The notes: generated by a model from the sequence alone, not told the origin. A stretch of DNA of 43,243 bases from Helicobacteraceae bacterium (GCA_050872665.1 JBNMHH010000001.1:1-43243), one strand, 5' to 3'; positions 29,488 through 38,200 are shown, numbered from the stretch's first letter. Program-made: numbers and translations.

Positions 29488-30413
29488 CATTGCCTCTTGC
29501 ACAAAAAAGGCTTTTTATCAAATCTCCACTTAATTATATAGGTGGCAAATACAAACTTTTAAACCAAATTTTGCCTTTATTTCCTAAAACAATAGATAGT
29601 TTTGTAGATTTGTTTTGTGGTGGGCTAAATGTGGCAATAAATGTGAAAAATCCACGCCCAAATCTCTATGACAACGCCATTTACGCAAGGCAAATTTTAT
29701 GCAATGATAATCTCACCTATCTAATTGAGCTGTATGAATTTTTGCAAGATAATCCCTTGCAAACTACGCTAGAAATTATTACTCAAATCATCTCCAAATA
29801 TGACTTAGATTCAACAAACACACAAGGCTATAATGCCCTGCGTGATGATTATAACGCGAATAAATCTCCGCTTAAACTTCTAGCACTTATTGCGCATTCT
29901 TTCAATCATCAAATCCGCTTTAATAACGCCCATAAATTTAACAATCCCTTTGGCAAAAATCGCTCTAGTTTTAATGCTACAATGAGGCAAAATTTGGTAT
30001 GCTTTATCAACGCATTGCAAAGCAAAAATATCACATTTTACGCGCTAGATTTTAGAGAATTTTTAGCCAAAATTCCACTTAGCGACAATAGTTTTGTCTA
30101 TGCTGACCCGCCATATCTTATTACGCAAGGCACTTATAATGACGGCAAAAGGGGTTTTAGCGGATGGAATGAGAATTTAGAAAAAGATTTGTTAGAAAAT
30201 CTAGCAAATCTACATAAAAATCGCATTCGATTCGCCCTCTCAAATGTCCTAACTCACAAAGGAATCGCTAATGAAATGTTGCAAGAATGGATAACGCAAA
30301 ATGGCTTTTTTGTCGTGAATCTAGAGGCACACTACACAAATGCAAACTATCAAGCAAAACACAAAGACAAAGCCTTAACACAAGAAGTGCTAATCACAAA
30401 CTATAAAATCTAA
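29484..30413 (+). CDS. N6-adenine DNA methyltransferase (resembles M.FokI C-terminal domain)
   Basis: IKSPLNYIGGK, DLFCGG, FNNPFGKNRS, DPPYLITQGTYNDG. Confidence 0.9.
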   Translation: MTLPLAQKRLFIKSPLNYIGGKYKLLNQILPLFPKTIDSFVDLFCGGLNVAINVKNPRPNLYDNAIYARQILCNDNLTYLIELYEFLQDNPLQTTLEIITQIISKYDLDSTNTQGYNALRDDYNANKSPLKLLALIAHSFNHQIRFNNAHKFNNPFGKNRSSFNATMRQNLVCFINALQSKNITFYALDFREFLAKIPLSDNSFVYADPPYLITQGTYNDGKRGFSGWNENLEKDLLENLANLHKNRIRFALSNVLTHKGIANEMLQEWITQNGFFVVNLEAHYTNANYQAKHKDKALTQEVLITNYKI

Positions 30414-30423
30414 AAGGCAAATA

Positions 30424-31563
30424 ATGCGCTTTATTGGCAACAAAGAAAATCTTATCAGCAAAATCTATGATTTTATGTGTGAATGCGGAATTGTGAATCT
30501 CCAAAATATGCAAGCAAAAAGCGCGAATAATGAATCTATGAATCCACAAAGCCCACACCAAAAAATATTTGACAAAAAAATCTTTGATATGTTTAGCGGG
30601 AGTGCAAGTGCTGGGCGATTTTTTAAGGCACAAGGTTTTGAAGTGGTAAGCTGTGATTTGCTTTATTTTTCTTACTGCTTGCAAATGGCATATTTGGCAA
30701 ATAATACCGAGCCTAGCTTTAGCGCGTTAAGCGCGGTTTTGGGCAACGCAAAAAGCCAAAATCTTTTTGATTTACCCTATCAAAAGATTATCGCCTATCT
30801 TAATGGCATTGCGCCACAAAAAGGCTTTATTTATCGGCATTACGCGCCTAGTGGCACTAAAGATTTGCCACAGCCTAGAATGTATTTTAGCGATGAAAAC
30901 GCGCAAAAAATCGATGCGATTCGCACACAGATTGAGGCGTGGAAGGCGCAAAATGTTATAAATCAAAACGAATACTTTATCCTCATTGCCACTTTGCTAG
31001 AATCTACTTCATTTTTTGCCAATGTCGCAGGTGTGTATGCCGCCTTTTGCAAGGCGTGGGATAAACGCGCTCTAAAGTCATTTGCCCTAAAGCCACTTAC
31101 TTTGTTAAAAAGCGCGAAATCTCATCAATGCTTTTGTGGCAATGCGCTTGAGGTTTTGCAAAGCTACAATACAACCTTTGACATTCTCTACCTTGACCCA
31201 CCCTATAATCACCTCCAATACGCCCCAAACTACCACTTGCTAGAGACAATCGCTAGGTATGATAGCCCAGAGATAAAAGGCGTAGCGGGACTTAGGGAAT
31301 GGCAGGGACAAAAGTCAAACTTTTGCAATGCAAAATCCGCCATAGCAGAGCTAAAACAAATCATAAAATCCCCAAATTATCGCTATTTGGTTTTGAGCTA
31401 CAATAGCGAGGGCATAATGCAAAAAATGCAAATTGACGCGATTTTAGATTCGTGCGCAGAAGTGTATTTTAGGGAAATTACCTATCCGCGCTTTAAGAGT
31501 AATGCCAAAAGCACACAAAGATTTATCAAAGAATTTGTGTGGGTGGCAAAAAGGAATCCATAA
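30424..31563 (+). CDS. N6-adenine DNA methyltransferase (resembles M.FokI N-terminal domain)
   Basis: MRFIGNK, DMFSGS, MYFSDENAQKID, WDKRAL, DPPYN...NYHLLETIA. Confidence 0.9.
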   Translation: MRFIGNKENLISKIYDFMCECGIVNLQNMQAKSANNESMNPQSPHQKIFDKKIFDMFSGSASAGRFFKAQGFEVVSCDLLYFSYCLQMAYLANNTEPSFSALSAVLGNAKSQNLFDLPYQKIIAYLNGIAPQKGFIYRHYAPSGTKDLPQPRMYFSDENAQKIDAIRTQIEAWKAQNVINQNEYFILIATLLESTSFFANVAGVYAAFCKAWDKRALKSFALKPLTLLKSAKSHQCFCGNALEVLQSYNTTFDILYLDPPYNHLQYAPNYHLLETIARYDSPEIKGVAGLREWQGQKSNFCNAKSAIAELKQIIKSPNYRYLVLSYNSEGIMQKMQIDAILDSCAEVYFREITYPRFKSNAKSTQRFIKEFVWVAKRNP

Positions 31564-31606
31564 GCAATTTTTGCCAAGTGCGAATCGCAAAATTTTTGCA
31601 AAAACT

Positions 31607-32533
31607 TTAAGGCAAATCCACCACAAGCACTTCGTTTTCAAGCATTTTGGGGATATAGAGTTTGTCTTTTGTGGCAAACATATCCGCAGGTCCTTTTATC
31701 ACGGGCAAGTCTAGGGCACTTTTTGTGAAGCGATTTGCGCTAGCGTTTTTGCCAAAAAGGCTACTATGTGAAAAGCCATTTTTCGCGCCAATGCGGTAAA
31801 TTTTGCCATTTAGATTTTCTCCCCAATCACTCACAAGCAAATCGCCATTTTTGGCTAGTGCCACGCCGTCATACGCCCCTTTTTGCGAGTCTAAGATTTT
31901 CACCGCCTTTGTTTTGGTGCTAATAGCTAAAATCTGCCCGCCACTTTTGCCATCAGGGTGATAGCACACGACAAAAAGCACTTGCTTTGCCGCATCTAGT
32001 AGCATTCCATTGCCACCGCCCGTTTTTGCTAGCTCAAGCCTTGCAAACTCGCTTGTTTGTTTGCTTTGCAAATCAAAGGCATAAATAATGCCATTGCCCG
32101 TGTCGCTTAAAAGCAAAGTATTTTTATCAAGTAGCACAATGTCATTGAGGAAAATCGCGCCTTCAATGGCGGCTTCAAGCACTTTTTTGCCCTGCGTATC
32201 AAACGCCACAAGCCTATCAATATCCACGACATAAAGCGTATTATCAATCTCTATCATACCCTTTGGCGCGTTAAGATTGCGTGCAAAATCGCGCTTTATT
32301 ACCTTGCCATTTTTATCTAGCTTTGCGATAAAGCCATCATTATCCTTTGCTAGTGAATTAGGCTCTTTGCCGATATTTGCCACAAAGATATAATCCCTGC
32401 CTACAAACACACTCTCTGGACTAGAAAAGCCACCCAAAACCTTGCCACCAGCCACTTTGCTTTCAGCAAATATAAATGAGCCAAACGCACCCACCAAACC
32501 AAGTAGCACAAATGCTTTACACAATATTTTCAT
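31607..32533 (-). CDS. Periplasmic beta-propeller protein (SMP-30/gluconolactonase-like)
   Basis: Signal peptide; repeated PES/PKG/LND/GNG/YDG/PAD blade motifs. Confidence 0.75.
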   Translation of the reverse strand: MKILCKAFVLLGLVGAFGSFIFAESKVAGGKVLGGFSSPESVFVGRDYIFVANIGKEPNSLAKDNDGFIAKLDKNGKVIKRDFARNLNAPKGMIEIDNTLYVVDIDRLVAFDTQGKKVLEAAIEGAIFLNDIVLLDKNTLLLSDTGNGIIYAFDLQSKQTSEFARLELAKTGGGNGMLLDAAKQVLFVVCYHPDGKSGGQILAISTKTKAVKILDSQKGAYDGVALAKNGDLLVSDWGENLNGKIYRIGAKNGFSHSSLFGKNASANRFTKSALDLPVIKGPADMFATKDKLYIPKMLENEVLVVDLP

Positions 32534-32617
32534 TTTACAATCCTTACATAATAAATTTGCAATGTTGCATAGGCGGAATTGTAGTGCATTTGTGATTTTT
32601 GTTGTGCGAGTTTTTTG

Positions 32618-33484
32618 TCAAATTTTAGCAGTTTTTTGGAATTGCTTTGGCGTTTGTCCGTAGCGATTTTTGAATCGTTTGATAAACCAAGAGGGTGAGC
32701 TAAAGCCACAAGTCGTGCAAATCTCATTGATATTTTGCGTGGAGTTTATAAGCAAGTGTTGCGCTTTTTTGAATCGCTTTTCATCGATATATTGCTTAGG
32801 GCTAAGCCTAAAATTTTGCTTAAAGGTTTTAGAAAACGAACTTATATCGCTTTTTGCGTATTGTGCCATTTGCCCCACACTCAAAAACGTCTCATCGCAA
32901 TGGCTAAACAAATCCATAGACTCTAAGGTTAGGCTAGAAAAAATATCATCTACAAACGCGCTAAACTCATCGCTATGAAGCAATAAAAATGCAAATATTT
33001 CCTCAAACTTTAGCTCGACAATAGGCTCAAAAATCTGCGTATTGTCCTTGAAATAGGGCGCGAAACTTTGCAAAATATCAAGTAATTGCGCGTGGCTTGA
33101 TTTTAGGGCGGGTGTGTTTGCGTGTGTGCGTGGCTTTTTGCGCAAAGAGTGATATTTTTGCATAAGATTTAGCAAAAACGCATTATCAAAGAAAAACAGC
33201 CACGCCTCATACGCGCCATTTTCTAGAGCGATATTGCTCAAAGTATATGTGCCACTTTTTAAAAACAACGCTTCATTTTGCTTGATTGCAAAGCGTGATT
33301 TTGCGTGGTGCATTATTTTAGAGCCTTGTCTCACAAAAACAATGGCATTAGCCTCAAAGCACACGGGATTTTCAAATGAGCTATGATTTTGTCTAAATTT
33401 GGCAAAAGAGCAAGAGCTAAAACTTCTAAAATGTATATTTCTCACTCGTGGCAAGTCTTTTGGGAGCGTTATGCTAAGCGACAT
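32618..33484 (-). CDS. AraC family transcriptional regulator
   Basis: C-terminal double HTH (SSFSKTFK...SPKQY; CGFSSPSWFIKRFKNRYGQTP). Confidence 0.92.
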   Translation of the reverse strand: MSLSITLPKDLPRVRNIHFRSFSSCSFAKFRQNHSSFENPVCFEANAIVFVRQGSKIMHHAKSRFAIKQNEALFLKSGTYTLSNIALENGAYEAWLFFFDNAFLLNLMQKYHSLRKKPRTHANTPALKSSHAQLLDILQSFAPYFKDNTQIFEPIVELKFEEIFAFLLLHSDEFSAFVDDIFSSLTLESMDLFSHCDETFLSVGQMAQYAKSDISSFSKTFKQNFRLSPKQYIDEKRFKKAQHLLINSTQNINEICTTCGFSSPSWFIKRFKNRYGQTPKQFQKTAKI

Positions 33485-33550
33485 TTTTATCCTAAATATT
33501 TTTTATTGCAAAAAGTTATTTTACACAATCAAACTTTATTTACCCCAAAT

Positions 33551-34780
33551 CTATCCCTTAAATTTTGCGGTGAAAAATACCACTGCTACGATAAAAATAA
33601 GCACTGCGTAGAGTAAAAATGCGCTAAAAAGCCCGATTCGCCCGACAATGGGTTGCGTGAGTAGGGGTGAGAGAAACTGCCCCAAAAATATACAGCTTGA
33701 CAAAATCCCCGCAACTTTGCCCCGCTCGGTATTTGGGGCGAGTTTTAAAATCCACGCGGAATTGTTGATATACACAAGCCCCGAGCCAAAGCCGATGATT
33801 GCCATTGCTATAAGTAGCGCGGTAAAATCGTGGATAAAGACGATTATCAAAAAGCCCACGCCAAAGAGCAGTGCGCCAAAGCTATACAAGCCAAAGAGGC
33901 TAAATCTTAGCGACATTTTCTTATAAAATAGCGCACAAAGCCCGTAAGTTATCGGTGGCACGGCAATCGCCACACCCACAAATACGCTATCAAGCCCCAA
34001 ATAATCGCGTATGTAAAAAGGCAACTGCGTAGGGCACAGATAATACACCACCGAGCCAAAAAATCCCATAAACCACGCGCCAAGATAGGGCATAAAACGC
34101 ATTTTGGTGGGCGTTTGCGCCGTCTTTTTACGCGTAAATTTTGGCTCAAAAAGATAGAGCGCATTGAGTAACAAAATCACAAAGCCAAAGCCATAAACTA
34201 AAAAGATATATCGCCACGAAAGCGTAACAAGCAATCCTCCCGCCAAAGTCGCCCCTGCGCCACCAAAAGCCATAATGAAATTTTGAAAGCCAAGCGCGGA
34301 TTGCAGGCGATTCACGCCGCCTTTGGAAAAATAATCCCCCACTAACGCCGTGCTTATCGTCATCACAAAAGCCGTAGCTACGCCAAATATCGCACGACAA
34401 AGCAGTATCAAATACAAATTATCCATAAACGCCCCAGCACAGCCTGATAGCGTCCATACCAAAATGCTAGGATAAAGAAATTTTAGTTTGCCAAATCTAT
34501 CCACCAAAGCCCCAGCCACAGGCGCAAAAAGCATCACAAAAAGTGCTGGCATCGTAACGATAAGGCGTGTGAGAATTTCGACATTTGCCACACCACTAAA
34601 ATGCGCCTCTATGGCAGGAAGTGCTGGGCTTACAATCACACCTGCGAGGATTGTCATCATCGACACTGAAAACAAAGCGATTTTAAAGCCCGCCCGCTCG
34701 GTAATGTCGATTAGTTTTTTGTCTAATTTGCTGTCATTGTCGCTATATTTGTGCGGTAGAGATTTTACGCTATTTTGCAT
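33551..34780 (-). CDS. MFS transporter
   Basis: About 12 TM segments, GALVDRFGK motif A; GGAGG before ATG 34780. Confidence 0.9.
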   Translation of the reverse strand: MQNSVKSLPHKYSDNDSKLDKKLIDITERAGFKIALFSVSMMTILAGVIVSPALPAIEAHFSGVANVEILTRLIVTMPALFVMLFAPVAGALVDRFGKLKFLYPSILVWTLSGCAGAFMDNLYLILLCRAIFGVATAFVMTISTALVGDYFSKGGVNRLQSALGFQNFIMAFGGAGATLAGGLLVTLSWRYIFLVYGFGFVILLLNALYLFEPKFTRKKTAQTPTKMRFMPYLGAWFMGFFGSVVYYLCPTQLPFYIRDYLGLDSVFVGVAIAVPPITYGLCALFYKKMSLRFSLFGLYSFGALLFGVGFLIIVFIHDFTALLIAMAIIGFGSGLVYINNSAWILKLAPNTERGKVAGILSSCIFLGQFLSPLLTQPIVGRIGLFSAFLLYAVLIFIVAVVFFTAKFKG

Positions 34781-34799
34781 TTTGCCTCCCAAAAATTAT

Positions 34800-34891
34800 G
34801 ATTCGTGCGTTAGATTCGCTTGATTTGCATTAGATTCGAGCTAGATTCGAGTTTGATTCGCCCTAGATTCGCACTTGATTCGCCACGAATC
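34800..34891. repeat. Tandem array of GATTCG units, about 11-bp period
   Basis: GATTC at 34800, 34813, 34833, 34844, 34855, 34866, 34877; GATTT at 34822; GAATC at 34887. Confidence 0.8.
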
Positions 34892-34897
34892 ACGCCT

Positions 34898-35335
34898 TTA
34901 TTTTAATCTAAATGCTTTAATTTTATCTAACGAAAAGACTTTATCCACGCCACGAATCGAGCTAGTGTGGCATTCTTTGCAACGCGATGGATTATCATCG
35001 ACATTCACGCTTTTATCGGCGTTATATGGGATAAAATCCCAATCCGCACCACGCTTTTGCATAGCAATGTAGCGATTTAACGCACCTTTTTTGCCATTTT
35101 TGTTGAAATATTCCTCCACCACGATTCGCGCACCATTTGGCAACACGCCGTCCTTTTGCAACGCCACAATCGCGCTTTTATCGATATACATATCCTCAAT
35201 CACGCCACCACGAAACTTGCTGTAATACATAACGCCGTTTTTGTAAGATTCGTCCAAATCCTGCGCCAAAAGTGGCATAGCATAAACAATAATCGCCAAC
35301 GCGGCGAATCGCGCCTTAATTTTATCCATTTTCAT
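34898..35335 (-). CDS. Cytochrome P460/c'-beta family protein
   Basis: Signal peptide; LPNGARIVVEE, MQK...WDF, C-terminal CKECH followed by VF; AAGGAG before ATG 35335. Confidence 0.8.
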   Translation of the reverse strand: MKMDKIKARFAALAIIVYAMPLLAQDLDESYKNGVMYYSKFRGGVIEDMYIDKSAIVALQKDGVLPNGARIVVEEYFNKNGKKGALNRYIAMQKRGADWDFIPYNADKSVNVDDNPSRCKECHTSSIRGVDKVFSLDKIKAFRLK

Positions 35336-35368
35336 TTTTTTCTCCTTTGACATTAAAATAAAAATGCA

Positions 35369-35399
35369 ATTATAAAACCTAAGAGCAACTCTCTGTCAA
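35369..35399 (-). promoter_or_regulatory. MerR-type promoter/operator copy 7
   Basis: TTGACA-gagagttgctcttaggttt(19)-TATAAT; dyad AGAG-ttg-CTCT. Confidence 0.82.
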
Positions 35400-35463
35400 G
35401 GGCGAATCGCAAAAATTTTTGTCAAAAATTAAAAAAGTGGATTTATGCTACTTTTTATTTTTT

Positions 35464-35573
35464 TGGATTGCTCCGATTCAGGCGAAAGCCGAATCTCGCA
35501 ATGACGGCGTAGAGATTCGGCATACCTTTTCCGTCATTGCGAGGCGAATCGAGCGAATCGCCGAAGCAATCCA
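35464..35573. repeat. Palindromic MITE/REP-like element
   Basis: TGGATTGCT...CTCGCAATGACGG / CCGTCATTGCGAG...AGCAATCCA nested inverted repeat. Confidence 0.78.
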
Positions 35574-35678
35574 CAAAATCCCCCATTCCACACAACCCTA
35601 AGCGAATCCACAATTTTGCCAAATCACACAAAAAAAACGATTCGCCATAATATAATCATTTAAGGTTAATTTAATTTA

Positions 35679-35687
35679 GGGGGGGGG
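35679..35687 (+). repeat. G9 homopolymer in the predicted 5' leader of the ankyrin gene
   Basis: Lies between TATAAT (35651-35656) and the AGGAGG RBS. Confidence 0.7.
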
Positions 35688-35730
35688 TAAAATACATTTT
35701 TAAAAAATTTATTCCAAAGGAGGAATTATA

Positions 35731-36312
35731 ATGAGTTGGAATGATATGCTATTTGAATCAATTAAAAATAGCAATTTAGAGCAAGTAAGGCAATGCTTGG
35801 CAAATGGCGCAGATGTGAATGCGAGAGATAACTATGATGGCTATGGTTCTACTCCGCTAATGTTGGCTTCACATAGCAATAACCTTGAAATAGTGAAATA
35901 TTTAGTTGAATGCGGTGCTGATGTGTTGGCTGAATGTAAATCTTATAATTTTGATACTATAAGCACAGCTTTGAGTATAACAAGTGATAATGAGATAAAG
36001 CAATACTTAGAAACCAAAGTGCAAGAAGCAAATCTAGCCCTTTTGGCATCATTAGGCAATACCAATGGCGTTAGCGAATGTTTGGCAAATGGTGTAAGCG
36101 CAAACGCTACACATAAAGGTGTAACGGCTCTAATGTGGGCGTGTAAAAATGGACATTATGAAGTGGCACTAACTTTGATAACATTTGGGGCAGATATAAA
36201 TGCAAGAAACATAAATGGCAAATCTGTATCACAATATGCCGCCGAAGGTGGAAATACAAAGATAATGGAGCTACTACTCGCACGAGGTGCGAATAGTGGC
36301 ACGATAAATTAG
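35731..36312 (+). CDS. Ankyrin repeat protein
   Basis: GSTPLMLA...LEIVKYLVECGADV; TALMWACKNGHYEVALTLITFGADIN. Confidence 0.92.
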   Translation: MSWNDMLFESIKNSNLEQVRQCLANGADVNARDNYDGYGSTPLMLASHSNNLEIVKYLVECGADVLAECKSYNFDTISTALSITSDNEIKQYLETKVQEANLALLASLGNTNGVSECLANGVSANATHKGVTALMWACKNGHYEVALTLITFGADINARNINGKSVSQYAAEGGNTKIMELLLARGANSGTIN

Positions 36313-36328
36313 CGCAAAAGGAGAAAAA

Positions 36329-36847
36329 ATGAAAAAGTTACTTAAATATGCTTTATTGGCGATTATGGCGTGTGGATTTGTAGGTTGTGGCGGAGATTAT
36401 AGTATCACTTATAATACTAATCCGATAGGTGCAAATGTTATTTGTGGTGGTGTAGGCAAAGGACTTTCCCCGCTTACGCTATATTACGATAGAGATGGTA
36501 TAGATGATAGTGGATTCCTATATACTACGCCTTGTAAGGCTGTATTTTCTAGTGGATATGTGGATTACTTTGACAGGCAATGGGATACAAATAAATTCCC
36601 CAAAGGCGTTCGGCAAACACTCACTAGACCGCAAGGTGATGGCTATCAGCAAGATATGGCTTTTGGTATGGAATATCAACGAACGCTTATTATGCAACAA
36701 CAAGCACAAGCGGCAAGAAAAGCAGCAGAAGCAGCACAATGGCAAAGTATCAATCAACAATTGCAACAAAATCAATCATCAGGCAACTATCAAATGAAGA
36801 TGCCCACAGTGTGTAACACATTTGGTGGCATAACAACTTGTGATTAA
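36329..36847 (+). CDS. Lipoprotein of unknown function (PEGA-like N-terminal region, Q-rich tail)
   Basis: FVGC lipobox; TNPIGANV...G.SPLTL. Confidence 0.75.
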   Translation: MKKLLKYALLAIMACGFVGCGGDYSITYNTNPIGANVICGGVGKGLSPLTLYYDRDGIDDSGFLYTTPCKAVFSSGYVDYFDRQWDTNKFPKGVRQTLTRPQGDGYQQDMAFGMEYQRTLIMQQQAQAARKAAEAAQWQSINQQLQQNQSSGNYQMKMPTVCNTFGGITTCD

Positions 36848-36868
36848 AAAAATAAAGGAGAGAAAAAA

Positions 36869-37447
36869 ATGAAAAAGATTATTTTACTAAGTTTGCTTGT
36901 AATAAGCGTAGTATTTGGCAAAAGCGTAGAGGAGATTCAAAACGAGTGGCAACAAAGAATTATTGAGAAAATTAAAAAGCAAGGCGAAATATTTTGGCAA
37001 AATGAAGAGGCTAATAGATTAGCTCAACATTGTCAAGGTGGCAATGGCGATAAAGGTGCGTGTAAGCGAATCATAGACTTACAAGACAAAGCCTGTCAAA
37101 ATGGATTGGCTGGGGCTTGTAGCGCATTGGCAGTATCTTATTTGCAAGGCAATGAGCAATTTGATATTAAAGTCGATGAAAATAAGGCAAAATCTTATGC
37201 TGATAGAGTTTGTGCGTTAGATGCAACTTTTTGTGTGAATGTGGCACTTCATTTTGGCAAAAAAGACACGCTATTAGTAGCACTAGGCTATGCTGAGAGA
37301 GCCTGTGAAATGGGCAAAGCTGTGGGCTGTGGATTAGCATTTGAATGGTATAGAGACGGCGGTAAAGACATAGCTAAAAATCCAAAAATGGCTAGATATT
37401 ATAAAAACAAACTTTGCGATATGGGTGCAAAAGACTTTTGCAAATAG
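36869..37447 (+). CDS. Secreted Sel1-like/cysteine-rich repeat protein
   Basis: Signal peptide; KACQNGLAGACSALA, RACEMGKAVGCGLA, KLCDMGAKDFC repeats. Confidence 0.85.
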   Translation: MKKIILLSLLVISVVFGKSVEEIQNEWQQRIIEKIKKQGEIFWQNEEANRLAQHCQGGNGDKGACKRIIDLQDKACQNGLAGACSALAVSYLQGNEQFDIKVDENKAKSYADRVCALDATFCVNVALHFGKKDTLLVALGYAERACEMGKAVGCGLAFEWYRDGGKDIAKNPKMARYYKNKLCDMGAKDFCK

Positions 37448-37458
37448 TGGCGGTGATT

Positions 37459-37616
37459 GGGATTGCTTTGCGTGAATTTGTGGATTGCCACGATTCGCCT
37501 TTGATGAATCGCCCACGCCGTCATTGCGAGATTCGGCGATTCGCCGAATCGTGGCAATCCACATTATATTTTTGGATTGCTTCGTGCGAATCTACGATTC
37601 GCCCTCGCAATGACGG
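37459..37616. repeat. Palindromic MITE/REP-like element
   Basis: CCGTCATTGCGAG...GTGGCAATCCA / TGGATTGCTTCG...CTCGCAATGACGG plus partial GGATTGC units. Confidence 0.78.
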
Positions 37617-37668
37617 ATTATTATTGATTCGCCACGCTAGATTCAAACATTCGCGATTCGCACAAAAC

Positions 37669-38139
37669 TTAACTTTTACTTATGCGCTTTTTGCTTCCTG
37701 CATTGTCATTTAGGCTTTTGTAGGGCTTTGATTCGTTGTAATAATTTTGCAATTTGGGGCTTGTCCCAAGTGTAAATGTATCTTTGGCGCGAGATGATAA
37801 GATTTTTATCTTTCCTCGCACGGCTTCTAGGGCTTTGGTGTAGGTGGCTATCGTCTCAAGGATTTCCCTCTCTTGGGCTTTCATCATATCTATGCGCTTT
37901 GGCAAAGTCGAATCGCCCATTTTGCAAAGCTCGACAAACTCCAAAACCTTAGCGATACTCATTCCCGTCTGCCTCATACACTGCACCAAGCCTACCCACT
38001 GCAAATCCCTTTGGCTAAAGTAGCGGTAGCCATTGTCATCTCTGTCGATATGCGAAAACAGCCCACATTTCGCCCAGTAGCGCAAAGTATGCGAACTCAC
38101 ACCCGTGATATTTTCCACTTGTTTGATTGTATATGCCAT
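37669..38139 (-). CDS. MerR family transcriptional regulator, AdhR/NmlR-like
   Basis: YTIKQV...TLRYW, RDDNGYRYF, VQCMRQTGMSI (Cys at the AdhR/NmlR position), LCKMGDST. Confidence 0.9.
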   Translation of the reverse strand: MAYTIKQVENITGVSSHTLRYWAKCGLFSHIDRDDNGYRYFSQRDLQWVGLVQCMRQTGMSIAKVLEFVELCKMGDSTLPKRIDMMKAQEREILETIATYTKALEAVRGKIKILSSRAKDTFTLGTSPKLQNYYNESKPYKSLNDNAGSKKRISKS

Positions 38140-38200
38140 AGTTTTATCCTTTTTGTTTGTAAAATTTCGCGCCGATTCGCTAAAAAAATCGCTAATTTTT

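Noticed and set aside
31607-32533. ATP/GTP-binding label often given to similar proteins
   Set aside because: No convincing P-loop domain; the repeats fit a periplasmic beta-propeller.
35419-37713. Small ORFs over the palindromic elements (35419-35601, 37334-37564, 37414-37713)
   Set aside because: They are translations of the repeat (SRND/RHCE motifs), with no independent coding evidence.
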